From assembly GCA_037441675.1 (NCBI GenBank), contig JBBIRS010000005.1, positions 94,731 through 158,730 on the forward strand: a DNA stretch of 64,000 nt, given 5' to 3'. The notes under the pieces are model-generated. The model was not told where the DNA came from, did not search any database, and saw only the letters and a program-made list of their open reading frames with translations. The translations under genes and the position numbers were made by a program. Origin of the DNA: Planctomycetales bacterium (GTDB taxonomy: Bacteria > 4484-113). Shown one piece after another: positions 27,787 to 36,861 of this stretch (position 1 is the first letter of the stretch; the number at the start of each line of letters is the position of its first letter).

Positions 27787-28785
27787 GTGGAAGAGAAACT
27801 ACCGCCGAACGAAAAAGATAAAAAAGCTGAAGAACGAGAGAAGAAGCCACCTGAGGAACTGGGACTTGGGCTATGGCGTTTGCTCACGACTCCAGAAGAA
27901 CTCATTGAAGAAACGCCATCAGTTCCTGTCAAGGTCCCTGAAAAAGAGTTAGTTGAAGAATTTCCCTCGGACGTTGATGAGGCGGTAATCAGGTTTCAAG
28001 AACAATCTCTTACCGCTATACAATGCAAGAATCACCCGGAACGACCTGCGGTTTCAGAATGTCCCGAATGCGCAAGCTATTACTGTAGTGAATGTATGAT
28101 TATCAAGCGAGGTAAGTTGCTGTGCAAAACTTGTGCAGAAACTTTGTTTCCAGTCACGGAAGAGATGGTTTTAGAAAAAATTGCAAGTGGAGAGACTGAT
28201 GAGCAATCGTTAGAATTCTTGGCTGATGCTCCTCCGCAATTTAACCCGGTAGGCTTAGGGGAGGGCTCTGAGGCAGCTATTTCAAATCCCATCAAAAGGA
28301 TATTTGCCTTCCTGCTGGATATTCTTTTTCTTAGGATTTTCTATATAGTATCATTTATTATTTTACTCACGCTAATTCATGGAATTAGCGCTGGGCAAGT
28401 TCCTTCAGTGATTTCCCTCGGGAAGGGAAGCTTCTGGAACGGAGTTGGTATTATTTTGAACAACATCGTTCATTTTAAGCCACTACCGATTCTTCTCCTA
28501 CTAGATTTTCTGTACTTTTTCGTGTGTTACGCTATTGTCAATCGCACGCTGGGAATGAGTTGGTTTAATCTTCGCATTGTGACCATTTACGGAGATTTTG
28601 TTGGTCTGTCATCATCAGCTGTAAGAGCCCTTATTTTGGTAATGACTTTCGGTGCTTGTATAATAGTTTCCTTATTTCATACTAGACAAATGGGGCTTCA
28701 CGATATAATTTCGCAAACCTACGAGATAAATTTCTCTGGGCTCAAACGAGTGGACGCTTATGAAACAATAAATTTAAGATTGTAA
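27787..28785 (+). CDS. B-box-type zinc finger + RDD-family membrane protein
   Basis: CKNHP...CPEC...CSEC...CKTC; KRIFAFLLD, TLGM...LRIV, LHDIISQT. Confidence 0.85.
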   Translation: MEEKLPPNEKDKKAEEREKKPPEELGLGLWRLLTTPEELIEETPSVPVKVPEKELVEEFPSDVDEAVIRFQEQSLTAIQCKNHPERPAVSECPECASYYCSECMIIKRGKLLCKTCAETLFPVTEEMVLEKIASGETDEQSLEFLADAPPQFNPVGLGEGSEAAISNPIKRIFAFLLDILFLRIFYIVSFIILLTLIHGISAGQVPSVISLGKGSFWNGVGIILNNIVHFKPLPILLLLDFLYFFVCYAIVNRTLGMSWFNLRIVTIYGDFVGLSSSAVRALILVMTFGACIIVSLFHTRQMGLHDIISQTYEINFSGLKRVDAYETINLRL

Positions 28786-28801
28786 ATTCTGGAGTGGGAC
28801 T

Positions 28802-29761
28802 ATGTTTCTTATCTTTGCTGCCAAGATTATTTGGTTGTTAGTGTGGTTAGGTGTACTTGGTTTTGGTATTTACTGGCTTGTTCAAAAGCAGTTTCTTCGG
28901 GGAACTTGGTTAGTTATCAGTTCGTTCTTCGGGATTCTTTCGGTTTTTGTCGGCTTCTTTCCGAACAAACCCCTTGTTGGAGTGTTCTTCAGCGCCATTG
29001 CCCTTTGCATTATCGCACTTGGTGAAAACTTGTTAAGTAACCTTTACTATGCAGTAACTGCGCCAACTTACTCCCTGCGAATGATGGCTAGGAATGACAC
29101 TTTTTCTTTCAGTTTACTCCTTACCTTTCTTGGAGGACTTTTTCTAGGTTTATACGCATCAATACTTCAACCCACAATTGTTAATTCATTTAATACCTTT
29201 GCGCAGTCCTTTGTCAGCTCTGCCTTAGCTGGTTACCAAAATCCAATATATAAGACTACCATTGAAGATTTTGGAGTAGGAAGGCTTTCGGTTTTATTTG
29301 ACATTTACTATGTAAGCAACTTTGTATGGTTACCTGTTATATGGGTGGGATTGTGGTTCTTTTTTGGTTTGCTGTATTGGTTTCTTGGAAGGTTATTTGG
29401 CAGTCCCGCTGCTTACAAGGAAATTTTAGCGGGTTTCTCTTATTGGTTTAGTCTTGTTGGTATATTAACCGGATATTTCTTGTTCCGTTTCCTTATAAGC
29501 AGTTTAAGCGCACCACCGGGAAGTTTGTCCCTAGGTTTCACAGAAATTATCGGCGCAATTTTAATTCTTGCTTCTCTGGTTTATTTTATAATTTGCATCT
29601 CCCAATCAGAAGAAATTGGCATAGTTCAGTCGTTGGTAATCTTTGTGTTAATCTCTGCGGTTTTTGTTGGTATAGCGGTCGCGCTTTATACGTATCAAGC
29701 AAAACCTGCAATTGATGCGTTTAAGAACGAACTTTTAAGCGCTGATCCCTCAAAGATGTAA
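28802..29761 (+). CDS. Multi-pass membrane protein, Yip1-like C-terminal region
   Basis: About 8 hydrophobic helices; AVTAPT...LGRLFGSPAAYKEIL pattern. Confidence 0.6.
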   Translation: MFLIFAAKIIWLLVWLGVLGFGIYWLVQKQFLRGTWLVISSFFGILSVFVGFFPNKPLVGVFFSAIALCIIALGENLLSNLYYAVTAPTYSLRMMARNDTFSFSLLLTFLGGLFLGLYASILQPTIVNSFNTFAQSFVSSALAGYQNPIYKTTIEDFGVGRLSVLFDIYYVSNFVWLPVIWVGLWFFFGLLYWFLGRLFGSPAAYKEILAGFSYWFSLVGILTGYFLFRFLISSLSAPPGSLSLGFTEIIGAILILASLVYFIICISQSEEIGIVQSLVIFVLISAVFVGIAVALYTYQAKPAIDAFKNELLSADPSKM

Positions 29762-29827
29762 CATTATTTAACTGTTCTGAAGATTTACATTTTTTTAATT
29801 TGCATTTCGCATCAAAGGAAGAAGAGT

Positions 29828-31435
29828 ATGCGCAACTTTAGAGTTATATGTGCTCTGATATTGCTTTTGGCTTCTGTTTTTAATGTTAGTCAAGCTGAAG
29901 AGGTGATAGAGGTAATTGGTAATAACACCACTAATAGATTTGCCACGAACAACCCCTCTGAGAAGCATTCCGAGGTGGAAGGCTCTCTTACGAGTGGAGA
30001 AAAGTTTGGCGCATCTTACATAGTTGATTTGGAGAGTTACAGATTAGCGCCACTCAACTTATCTGATAGATCGGTGATTACTTTAGAAGAGGCGCTACAC
30101 ATTGTAACAAGGGATAGTTATCGTGCAAGGATTGCCCAGGCTACATTTGATAAGCAAGCCTATAACATTGCGTTAGCTTCATCAGAGTTCAAGCCAGTTC
30201 TTTCAATTTCTAGTGGAATTACTTCCATCGAGCGAGGTGGAGCATCAACCCTTGCGGCTTCAAGTTTTGTATCATCCACTAAACAAACATTTTTTAATCT
30301 AGAAATTTCAGACAAATTTCCCAGCGGTCAAACCTTTAGCTTCTCCCAGAGCCTCTCGCGCGCCGAAGTGAGCGTTGGTGGACCTCAAGCTCAACAAATT
30401 CCTAAATCCTACAGCGGACAAGTAGGATTTAGCATAACCCAACCTCTTGGTAGAGGTATGGGTAAGGATGCGGTGACTAGCTCAATTAAGCAAGCTCAGG
30501 AGAATTTGCGTCTTGAGGAGTTCAGGCTAACTAATACCGAAAGACAACTGAGATACGAAACTTACCTGCTTTACTATCAACTTTTATCTCAAAGGAAAGC
30601 TCTATCAGTTAGGGAGGTGAACTTTGAAGCAGCGCTGAAACTTCTTGAGCGTAACTATGAAAGGTTCAAGGTGGGTCTATCCATACGTGCGGATGTCCTA
30701 CAGGCAGAAAACAACGTGCTAAATCAAAAGCTCAGGCTTATTGAGGCACGAAGAGCTTATCTTGATGGACTTGAGCAGTTGGCACTTCTCTTGGGAATTG
30801 ATTATCCAATCAATATTGAAGAGGAGTCAGAAATTGAAGCGCCTGCCTTTCATGGCGATCTGGAGGATTTTTGGGAAAGGGTAAAAGAGAATAACGTTAA
30901 CCTAAAAGATGCAGAAACGCAGATAAGGCTTCTTGAGATAGAGAAAGTATATAGGGAGAGCGAGGTTCGCCCCGATCTTAGTTTATCCTTTGACTTAAGA
31001 AGGCAGGGTGAGGAGAAAACCGCTAGTAGCGTGCTGCGCAATCTTGATAATCAAAGTTACAGTTTTATCTTAAACTACAGACTGCCATGGAAAAAGGCTT
31101 CTGCTAAAGCGAGATTAGCTCAGGTTGAGAAAGACCTAGAGACTGCTAAGCTTAATTATGAACAAACTTTACAAAACCTGCGGCAGGAATGGGAGAGTGT
31201 CCTTAGAGAGCTTAAAAGCAAATCAAATCAACTTGAGCTTGCCAAGAGTAATGTGGAGGTTGCTAAGGAGAACTATCAGATTCAGCTTGAGAGGAACTAT
31301 GTAGGACTTGCAGATACCCTTGATGTAATTCAAGCTCAGGAAGCTCTACTTGAGGCTGAGCTCTCCCTAGTCACCGCTCAGGTTGAACATCAATCTGTAT
31401 ATCGTAGAGTACTGCTTCTCATTGGAACTATCTAG
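29828..31435 (+). CDS. TolC-family outer membrane efflux protein
   Basis: Signal peptide, ITLEEAL, ITQPL, YERFKVG, DVLQAE duplicated OEP pattern. Confidence 0.92.
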   Translation: MRNFRVICALILLLASVFNVSQAEEVIEVIGNNTTNRFATNNPSEKHSEVEGSLTSGEKFGASYIVDLESYRLAPLNLSDRSVITLEEALHIVTRDSYRARIAQATFDKQAYNIALASSEFKPVLSISSGITSIERGGASTLAASSFVSSTKQTFFNLEISDKFPSGQTFSFSQSLSRAEVSVGGPQAQQIPKSYSGQVGFSITQPLGRGMGKDAVTSSIKQAQENLRLEEFRLTNTERQLRYETYLLYYQLLSQRKALSVREVNFEAALKLLERNYERFKVGLSIRADVLQAENNVLNQKLRLIEARRAYLDGLEQLALLLGIDYPINIEEESEIEAPAFHGDLEDFWERVKENNVNLKDAETQIRLLEIEKVYRESEVRPDLSLSFDLRRQGEEKTASSVLRNLDNQSYSFILNYRLPWKKASAKARLAQVEKDLETAKLNYEQTLQNLRQEWESVLRELKSKSNQLELAKSNVEVAKENYQIQLERNYVGLADTLDVIQAQEALLEAELSLVTAQVEHQSVYRRVLLLIGTI

Positions 31436-31451
31436 CTTTAGGTTCTTTAAG

Positions 31452-32213
31452 ATGAGCTTAATTGAACTACAATCGGTTGAAAAGATATACAAGCTGGGTA
31501 ACTATGAGGTTCACGCGCTTCGTGGTGTGAGCTTTACCATTGAAACGGGAGAGTACGTGGCAATTATGGGACCTTCCGGCTCCGGTAAATCTACCGTAAT
31601 GAACATAATGGGCTGTTTGGATAGACCCACGAAGGGTGTGTATCTTTTTGAGGGTGAGGATGTAACTACAAAGACTGACGTTGAGCTTGCACGGATACGG
31701 AACTTAAAGATTGGTTTTGTCTTTCAGACATTTAATCTGCTTGCCAGGACTACAGCTTTGGAGAACGTTGAACTACCACTTATATACTCACCTAGGCGTG
31801 TTAATAGACGAGAGAGGTCGATGCGCGCCTTAAGAATAGTTGGTCTTGGCGATAGAGCGTCTCACAGGAGTAACGAGCTTTCCGGTGGAGAACAACAGCG
31901 TGTTGCAATCGCAAGGGCGATTGTTAATCAACCTGCTATAGTTCTTGCGGATGAACCAACGGGTAACCTTGATACCGCTAGCGGAAAACTCATTATGAAG
32001 CTCTTTCAAAAACTAAACATCTCCAAAATTACATTGGTAATTGTTACCCACGACCAGTTTATTGCCAACCATTCAGCCAGAATAATAAGATTTCTTGATG
32101 GCAAGGTAATAGAGGACACTCCTGTAAGAGAGAGGATAATTTACCCGGAAAGCGAGATGACAGAGTTGGAAGCTGATTTATCGGAAGAAGCTCTTACTGT
32201 CCAGAAGGCGTAA
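31452..32213 (+). CDS. ABC transporter ATP-binding protein (MacB/LolD type)
   Basis: GPSGSGKST, LSGGEQQRVAIARA, ADEPTGNLD; start at ATG 31452. Confidence 0.95.
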   Translation: MSLIELQSVEKIYKLGNYEVHALRGVSFTIETGEYVAIMGPSGSGKSTVMNIMGCLDRPTKGVYLFEGEDVTTKTDVELARIRNLKIGFVFQTFNLLARTTALENVELPLIYSPRRVNRRERSMRALRIVGLGDRASHRSNELSGGEQQRVAIARAIVNQPAIVLADEPTGNLDTASGKLIMKLFQKLNISKITLVIVTHDQFIANHSARIIRFLDGKVIEDTPVRERIIYPESEMTELEADLSEEALTVQKA

Positions 32214-32306
32214 AATCGTGCGGAATGCTCTCTACCTCAAATTAGCTAGTACTACTGGTAAATCTCACCACGAGTTGAAATTTGAAATACATTGGGGATG
32301 ATTGAA

Positions 32307-33659
32307 CTAGCCTACAAGGATCTCGTCTTCGGGGTAGTGCAACCTGTCAGCTAGGGCGTATTGGAAGAGGGATGCACCAGCAGTAACAGGTCCAACTCTT
32401 CCAGCTATCATTAACACTATAAGAACTATCTGGCTAAAGGTGCCGAGGGATGCGGTTATTCCACGAGACAGCCCCACAGTTCCGAACGCGCTGGCAATTT
32501 CAAAGAGGACGTCTTCAACCCTAAAATTTTCCAATGCTACCAACAAAATAGTGGCGAATGAAAGAACGATAATCCAAACAAAGATAAGGATATAGGCGTT
32601 CAGCAGGTTCTTCGCAGGTATTTTCCTATTGAAAATAATTGTTCCAGCTTTACCTCTGAATAGGTTTATGACAGCAAGCAAGGCAAGCGCCAAGGTGGAG
32701 GTCTTGAATCCGCCCCCAGTTCCACCTGGGCTTGCGCCGATTGCCATTAAGATTATTGTTAACACAACCGTTGGCGGAAACACAAACTTATAGTCTACTG
32801 TGTTGAAGCCCGCTGTTCTCGGGAATACACTCATAGTTAACCCGTTGAGTAATTTCTGCCAGAGGGGCATTTCTCCTATAGTTTGAGGGTTGTTCCACTC
32901 AAAGAAGAGTGTGAGCAAGAAGCCGATTACAAGTAGTGTAAATGTAGTTGATAGAACTATCTTTGTGTGTGTGGTGAGGCTACTTCTCTTTCTGAGAATG
33001 TGACACTCATACACATCAAGTATTACCAAAAATCCAAGTCCTCCTATAATCACTAAGGAACTCATTACGATGACAACAGGTGCTTTGCCCGCAAAAGCTA
33101 ACAGATTGTCGCTAAATGTTGACAAGCCGGCGTTGTTAAATGCGGAGACCGCTTGAAAGATTGCGTCAAAGACAGATTTTGCCAAAGAATCACTTGAATA
33201 AAAGAATGGAAGAAGCAAAATAGCGCCGAGAATTTCAAAAATTAGACTTGCGGTTACAGCAACAATAACTATCCTCTTTAGCTGTCCAAGATGAGGAAGG
33301 TTCATTCCTGACTTTAGGGTTAACATCTGGCTAATGCTGAGTTTTTTCCCTAGTAGGAACAGGATAAATGCGTAGGCGGTGATAGAGCCTAGCCCACCTA
33401 TTTGAATAAGCAAGAGTATTACGGATTTGCCGAAAAATGAGTAGTAGGTTGCGGTATCCACGACAATAAGTCCCGTTACACAAACCGCGGATGTAGCGGT
33501 AAATAATGCAACCATAAAAGAAGCCCCTCTACCATCACTGGTAGATAGCGGTAACATCAGGAGAATTGTCCCGAGGGTAATTACGAGAAGATAACCTGCT
33601 ATTAGCAATCTAGCTGGAGTGAGGAGGTCGCGTCCAACCATGAGCCGAAATTCTACCAT
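32307..33659 (-). CDS. ktrB: KtrB/TrkH potassium uptake membrane subunit
   Basis: TSAVCVTGL, SAFNNAG, PRTAGF, SAFGTVGLS pore motifs. Confidence 0.93.
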   Translation of the reverse strand: MVEFRLMVGRDLLTPARLLIAGYLLVITLGTILLMLPLSTSDGRGASFMVALFTATSAVCVTGLIVVDTATYYSFFGKSVILLLIQIGGLGSITAYAFILFLLGKKLSISQMLTLKSGMNLPHLGQLKRIVIVAVTASLIFEILGAILLLPFFYSSDSLAKSVFDAIFQAVSAFNNAGLSTFSDNLLAFAGKAPVVIVMSSLVIIGGLGFLVILDVYECHILRKRSSLTTHTKIVLSTTFTLLVIGFLLTLFFEWNNPQTIGEMPLWQKLLNGLTMSVFPRTAGFNTVDYKFVFPPTVVLTIILMAIGASPGGTGGGFKTSTLALALLAVINLFRGKAGTIIFNRKIPAKNLLNAYILIFVWIIVLSFATILLVALENFRVEDVLFEIASAFGTVGLSRGITASLGTFSQIVLIVLMIAGRVGPVTAGASLFQYALADRLHYPEDEILVG

Positions 33660-33767
33660 ACAGGCGCAAATGTCATTATAACGTCTTTCGACTCGAAGTT
33701 TTTGTTCCTTCTATCCTGAGTCGGGGCGATACAGATGAAGAGGGCTTGGCTAGCTTTTCCTATAAAA

Positions 33768-34454
33768 CTACTTTGTCATCTTCTCCAGCTCCTTGGAGTA
33801 CTCACTAAGGGCTTCATCTCTTCCCGTGATGTAGAGCGTATCTCCAGATTGGAATTTATACGAGGGTTCTGGTTCAAGCTTTGTTCCATCTTCTTTTTCA
33901 ATTAGAACTATGTTCAGATTATGCTTTGACCGAAGCTCGGTTTCTCTAATGGTCTTTCCAATGAAGCGTGGAAGTGGGGAAACCTTAGCCAGCGAAAAAC
34001 CATCGGTGAGCTTGTTGGCGTCCATAAAACCACTAAAGAGCATCATCTTAGCCAAATGAATGGCGGAATCCCTTTCCGGAAAGATTACCAAGTCGGCACC
34101 AACCCTTTTAAGGGCTTCCGAATGAAGCTCGCTTTTGGCTTTGGCAACAACGATTGGAACTCCTAGTTGTTTTAGGTTGAGTGTAATAAGGATGGAAGCT
34201 GCTAAATCTGTGCCTAGCGCTACTATAGCCACATCGCACTGGTCAACTCCTGCATCCAGCAATGTCTCGGGTTGTGTTGCATCTCCTTCCAGAACATCCA
34301 CAAGCTCGGGAGCGAATCTCTGCACCTTCGCTCGTTCCACGTCTATCCCAAGCCTCTCATGCCCAAGTTCACTTAATGCGCTCATAATAGCCACGCCGAA
34401 GGTGTTTAACCCAATAACTGCGAATTTTTTCTTTTTCATATTAGTTACCGCCAA
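33768..34454 (-). CDS. ktrA: KtrA/TrkA potassium uptake regulatory subunit
   Basis: FAVIGL, GDAT, GADLVIFPE, RCK_C domain; start may be ATG 34439. Confidence 0.92.
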   Translation of the reverse strand: MAVTNMKKKKFAVIGLNTFGVAIMSALSELGHERLGIDVERAKVQRFAPELVDVLEGDATQPETLLDAGVDQCDVAIVALGTDLAASILITLNLKQLGVPIVVAKAKSELHSEALKRVGADLVIFPERDSAIHLAKMMLFSGFMDANKLTDGFSLAKVSPLPRFIGKTIRETELRSKHNLNIVLIEKEDGTKLEPEPSYKFQSGDTLYITGRDEALSEYSKELEKMTK

Positions 34455-34673
34455 TACTCATATCATTTTATCTTTCTTCATATTCTAAAGACATTTTTTT
34501 CAAGGTAGCGGAGATTAACAACCTCCTACTAACCTGCTTGCTTTTAATGCACGCGCTTTCTCCCCTAAGCTGATAAAAGATATCATAAAAGAATCTGTTA
34601 AAAATAGGAACAAAACTCATACTTTTAGAGTCTATATACATAACTTTCGGGAACGTGAGAATTCCATATGTTT

Positions 34674-34708
34674 GCGATAAGGGGACTTAGAAAGAGTCCC
34701 CTTTTCGC
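34674..34708. repeat. Intergenic GC-rich inverted repeat (terminator- or REP-like)
   Basis: GCGATAAGGGGACT-TAGAAAG-AGTCCCCTTTTCGC. Confidence 0.45.
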
Positions 34709-35075
34709 TACTTTAGAAACAAAAGTTTCTTTGGTTTCTCTCTATTTAGGCGATAGAAAGTAAGATAAGCTCAGAAATGGGGAGGGGAAAAGCGTAAACG
34801 GCGAGTTTTGCGGAAAAGAAATATTATTTCTTAACAAGTAACTATTTTTATTAACAAGCGATAGGTATCTCCCCAATTTTAAGAAGCGTCTGAACCATTG
34901 AAGCAAAGGGCTAATGTTATCATGAGACACAGATTTAGTGCGCTATGTTTTTGTTCTGTTGCTGAGAGCTAAGAGCAGGAGTCTAACCTTGAACATGATA
35001 AGTATTTGAAAAAGTGGGTTTAATATGCTAATTTAATTATTTGCGAAAATTTTATACGCAGAGGAGCATAAAACA

Positions 35076-35903
35076 TTGCCGTTAATATCATTAAGACAGT
35101 TACTTGAATGCGGAGTGCATTTTGGTCATCCAACGCAGAAGTGGAATCCGAAGATGGATCCGTACATTTACACGAAGCGGGCTGGCGTTCATATTATCGA
35201 CCTTCAGCAAACTGTGCAGTTTATAGACGAGGTACACGATTACATAATAAAACTGGTTGAATCTGGTGGAATAATACTCTTTGTGGGCACAAAGAAGCAG
35301 GCACAGGATGCAGTTCGAGAGGAGGCAACTCGCTGTGGAATGCCATACGTGGCGGCTAGATGGCTCGGTGGTCTTCTTACAAATTTTGCCACAATCAAAC
35401 TGAGAATTGAGCGCCTTAAAGAATTGCGGAAACTACGCGACGAAGGCTATTTTGATCGTTTGAGGAAGAAGGATGCGCGCTTTTTGATTGACGATACAGC
35501 TCGACTGGAAAAGTTTATCGGTGGCCTGGTTGAACTTGAGCGAATTCCGGATGCTTTGTTCATAATTGATGTCAAAAAGGAAAAGATTGCGGTCAAAGAG
35601 GCAAGAAGGATGAATATTCCAATAATTGGAGTGCTTGACACCAATTGCGATCCAGATGATGTGGATTACATGCTACCTGGCAATGATGACGCAATCAGAA
35701 GTATTAAGCTATTCTGTAAAATTGTCGCAGATTCAATTCTGGAGGCGAAGCTTGGTTACTTGCCTCCGGACTCTATCTTTCTACAGGCTGAGCCTACGGA
35801 GGAGGAATTTTCCGAGGCTATCCTTAGCGGCACCATAAACGTGCAGGAAGCTGGGGAAGCGGAGGATTTTGGCAGGGGTACTGGCGCACCTTCACCTGCA
35901 TAA
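35076..35903 (+). CDS. rpsB: 30S ribosomal protein S2
   Basis: GVHFGH, WNPKM, VGTKKQA, DTNCDPD, GNDDAIRS. Confidence 0.98.
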   Translation: MPLISLRQLLECGVHFGHPTQKWNPKMDPYIYTKRAGVHIIDLQQTVQFIDEVHDYIIKLVESGGIILFVGTKKQAQDAVREEATRCGMPYVAARWLGGLLTNFATIKLRIERLKELRKLRDEGYFDRLRKKDARFLIDDTARLEKFIGGLVELERIPDALFIIDVKKEKIAVKEARRMNIPIIGVLDTNCDPDDVDYMLPGNDDAIRSIKLFCKIVADSILEAKLGYLPPDSIFLQAEPTEEEFSEAILSGTINVQEAGEAEDFGRGTGAPSPA

Positions 35904-35925
35904 TTTACTTTTGGAGACTCCAAAT

Positions 35926-36828
35926 ATGTCTGAAATAACTGCAAAACTGGTTAGTGAGCTAAGAGCGCAAACTGGAGCGGGACTTATGGATTGCAAGCGC
36001 GCTTTAGAAGAAGCCTCTGGCAATTTTGAGCGCGCTAAGGAAATTCTTAGAATTAGGGGTCAAACTATTGCGGAAAAGAAAGCCGGTAGAATAGCACTCG
36101 AAGGGCTCTGTCACGCTGTGGTAAGTGATGATTTATCCAGTGGAGTATTGATTGACCTTAACTGCGAAACAGACTTTGTCGCTCACACTGACGATTTCCG
36201 CAACTTGGCTTCAACCATTGCGAGTACGTTAATGAAATCAAATTACGTTAGCGCTACTCAATCCTTCTCGGATACTTCAGAACTATTAGAGCTTAGCATT
36301 AACGAGAACACAACCATTGGTAATTTAATAACTGACGCAGTTGGTAGAATCGGCGAAAACATTCGTTTATCACGGGTAGCTTTCCTAAAGGTGTCTCCCG
36401 ATGACTCTATCGTTAGTTCCTACGTGCACCTTGATGGGAAGATTGGTGTGCTAGTTGGGATAAAAGTAGATGATGGCAGTCTGCGCACAAATAGTGAAGT
36501 GATGAATCTTGCCAAAAACCTTTGCCTGCAGATAGCGGCGGAGGACCCTGTGGCGGTTAGCAGACAGGAAGTTTCTCAGGATGTCCTAGACAGAGAAAGG
36601 CGAATTATTCGCGAGCAAACCCTTGCTGAAGGCAAAGCTGAAAGTTTGGTGGATAAAATTGTAGAGGGTAGGATGAATAAATTCTTTAAGGAATCTGTGC
36701 TGATGGAACAGGAGTTTGTGAAGGATGAAAAGCAAACCGTTGAGCAGGTTGTAAATTCCGTTGCGAGTTTGATAGGTACAAAAATTTACGTTGTGAATTT
36801 CTTCCGCTTTCAAGTTGGTGAAGGTTAG
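35926..36828 (+). CDS. tsf: Elongation factor Ts
   Basis: LRAQTGAGLMDCKRAL, NCETDFVA; ATG 35926 after GGAG. Confidence 0.98.
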   Translation: MSEITAKLVSELRAQTGAGLMDCKRALEEASGNFERAKEILRIRGQTIAEKKAGRIALEGLCHAVVSDDLSSGVLIDLNCETDFVAHTDDFRNLASTIASTLMKSNYVSATQSFSDTSELLELSINENTTIGNLITDAVGRIGENIRLSRVAFLKVSPDDSIVSSYVHLDGKIGVLVGIKVDDGSLRTNSEVMNLAKNLCLQIAAEDPVAVSRQEVSQDVLDRERRIIREQTLAEGKAESLVDKIVEGRMNKFFKESVLMEQEFVKDEKQTVEQVVNSVASLIGTKIYVVNFFRFQVGEG

Positions 36829-36861
36829 TCTTTCAAAGTTAATTCCTGCTCAGGCAGTTAA

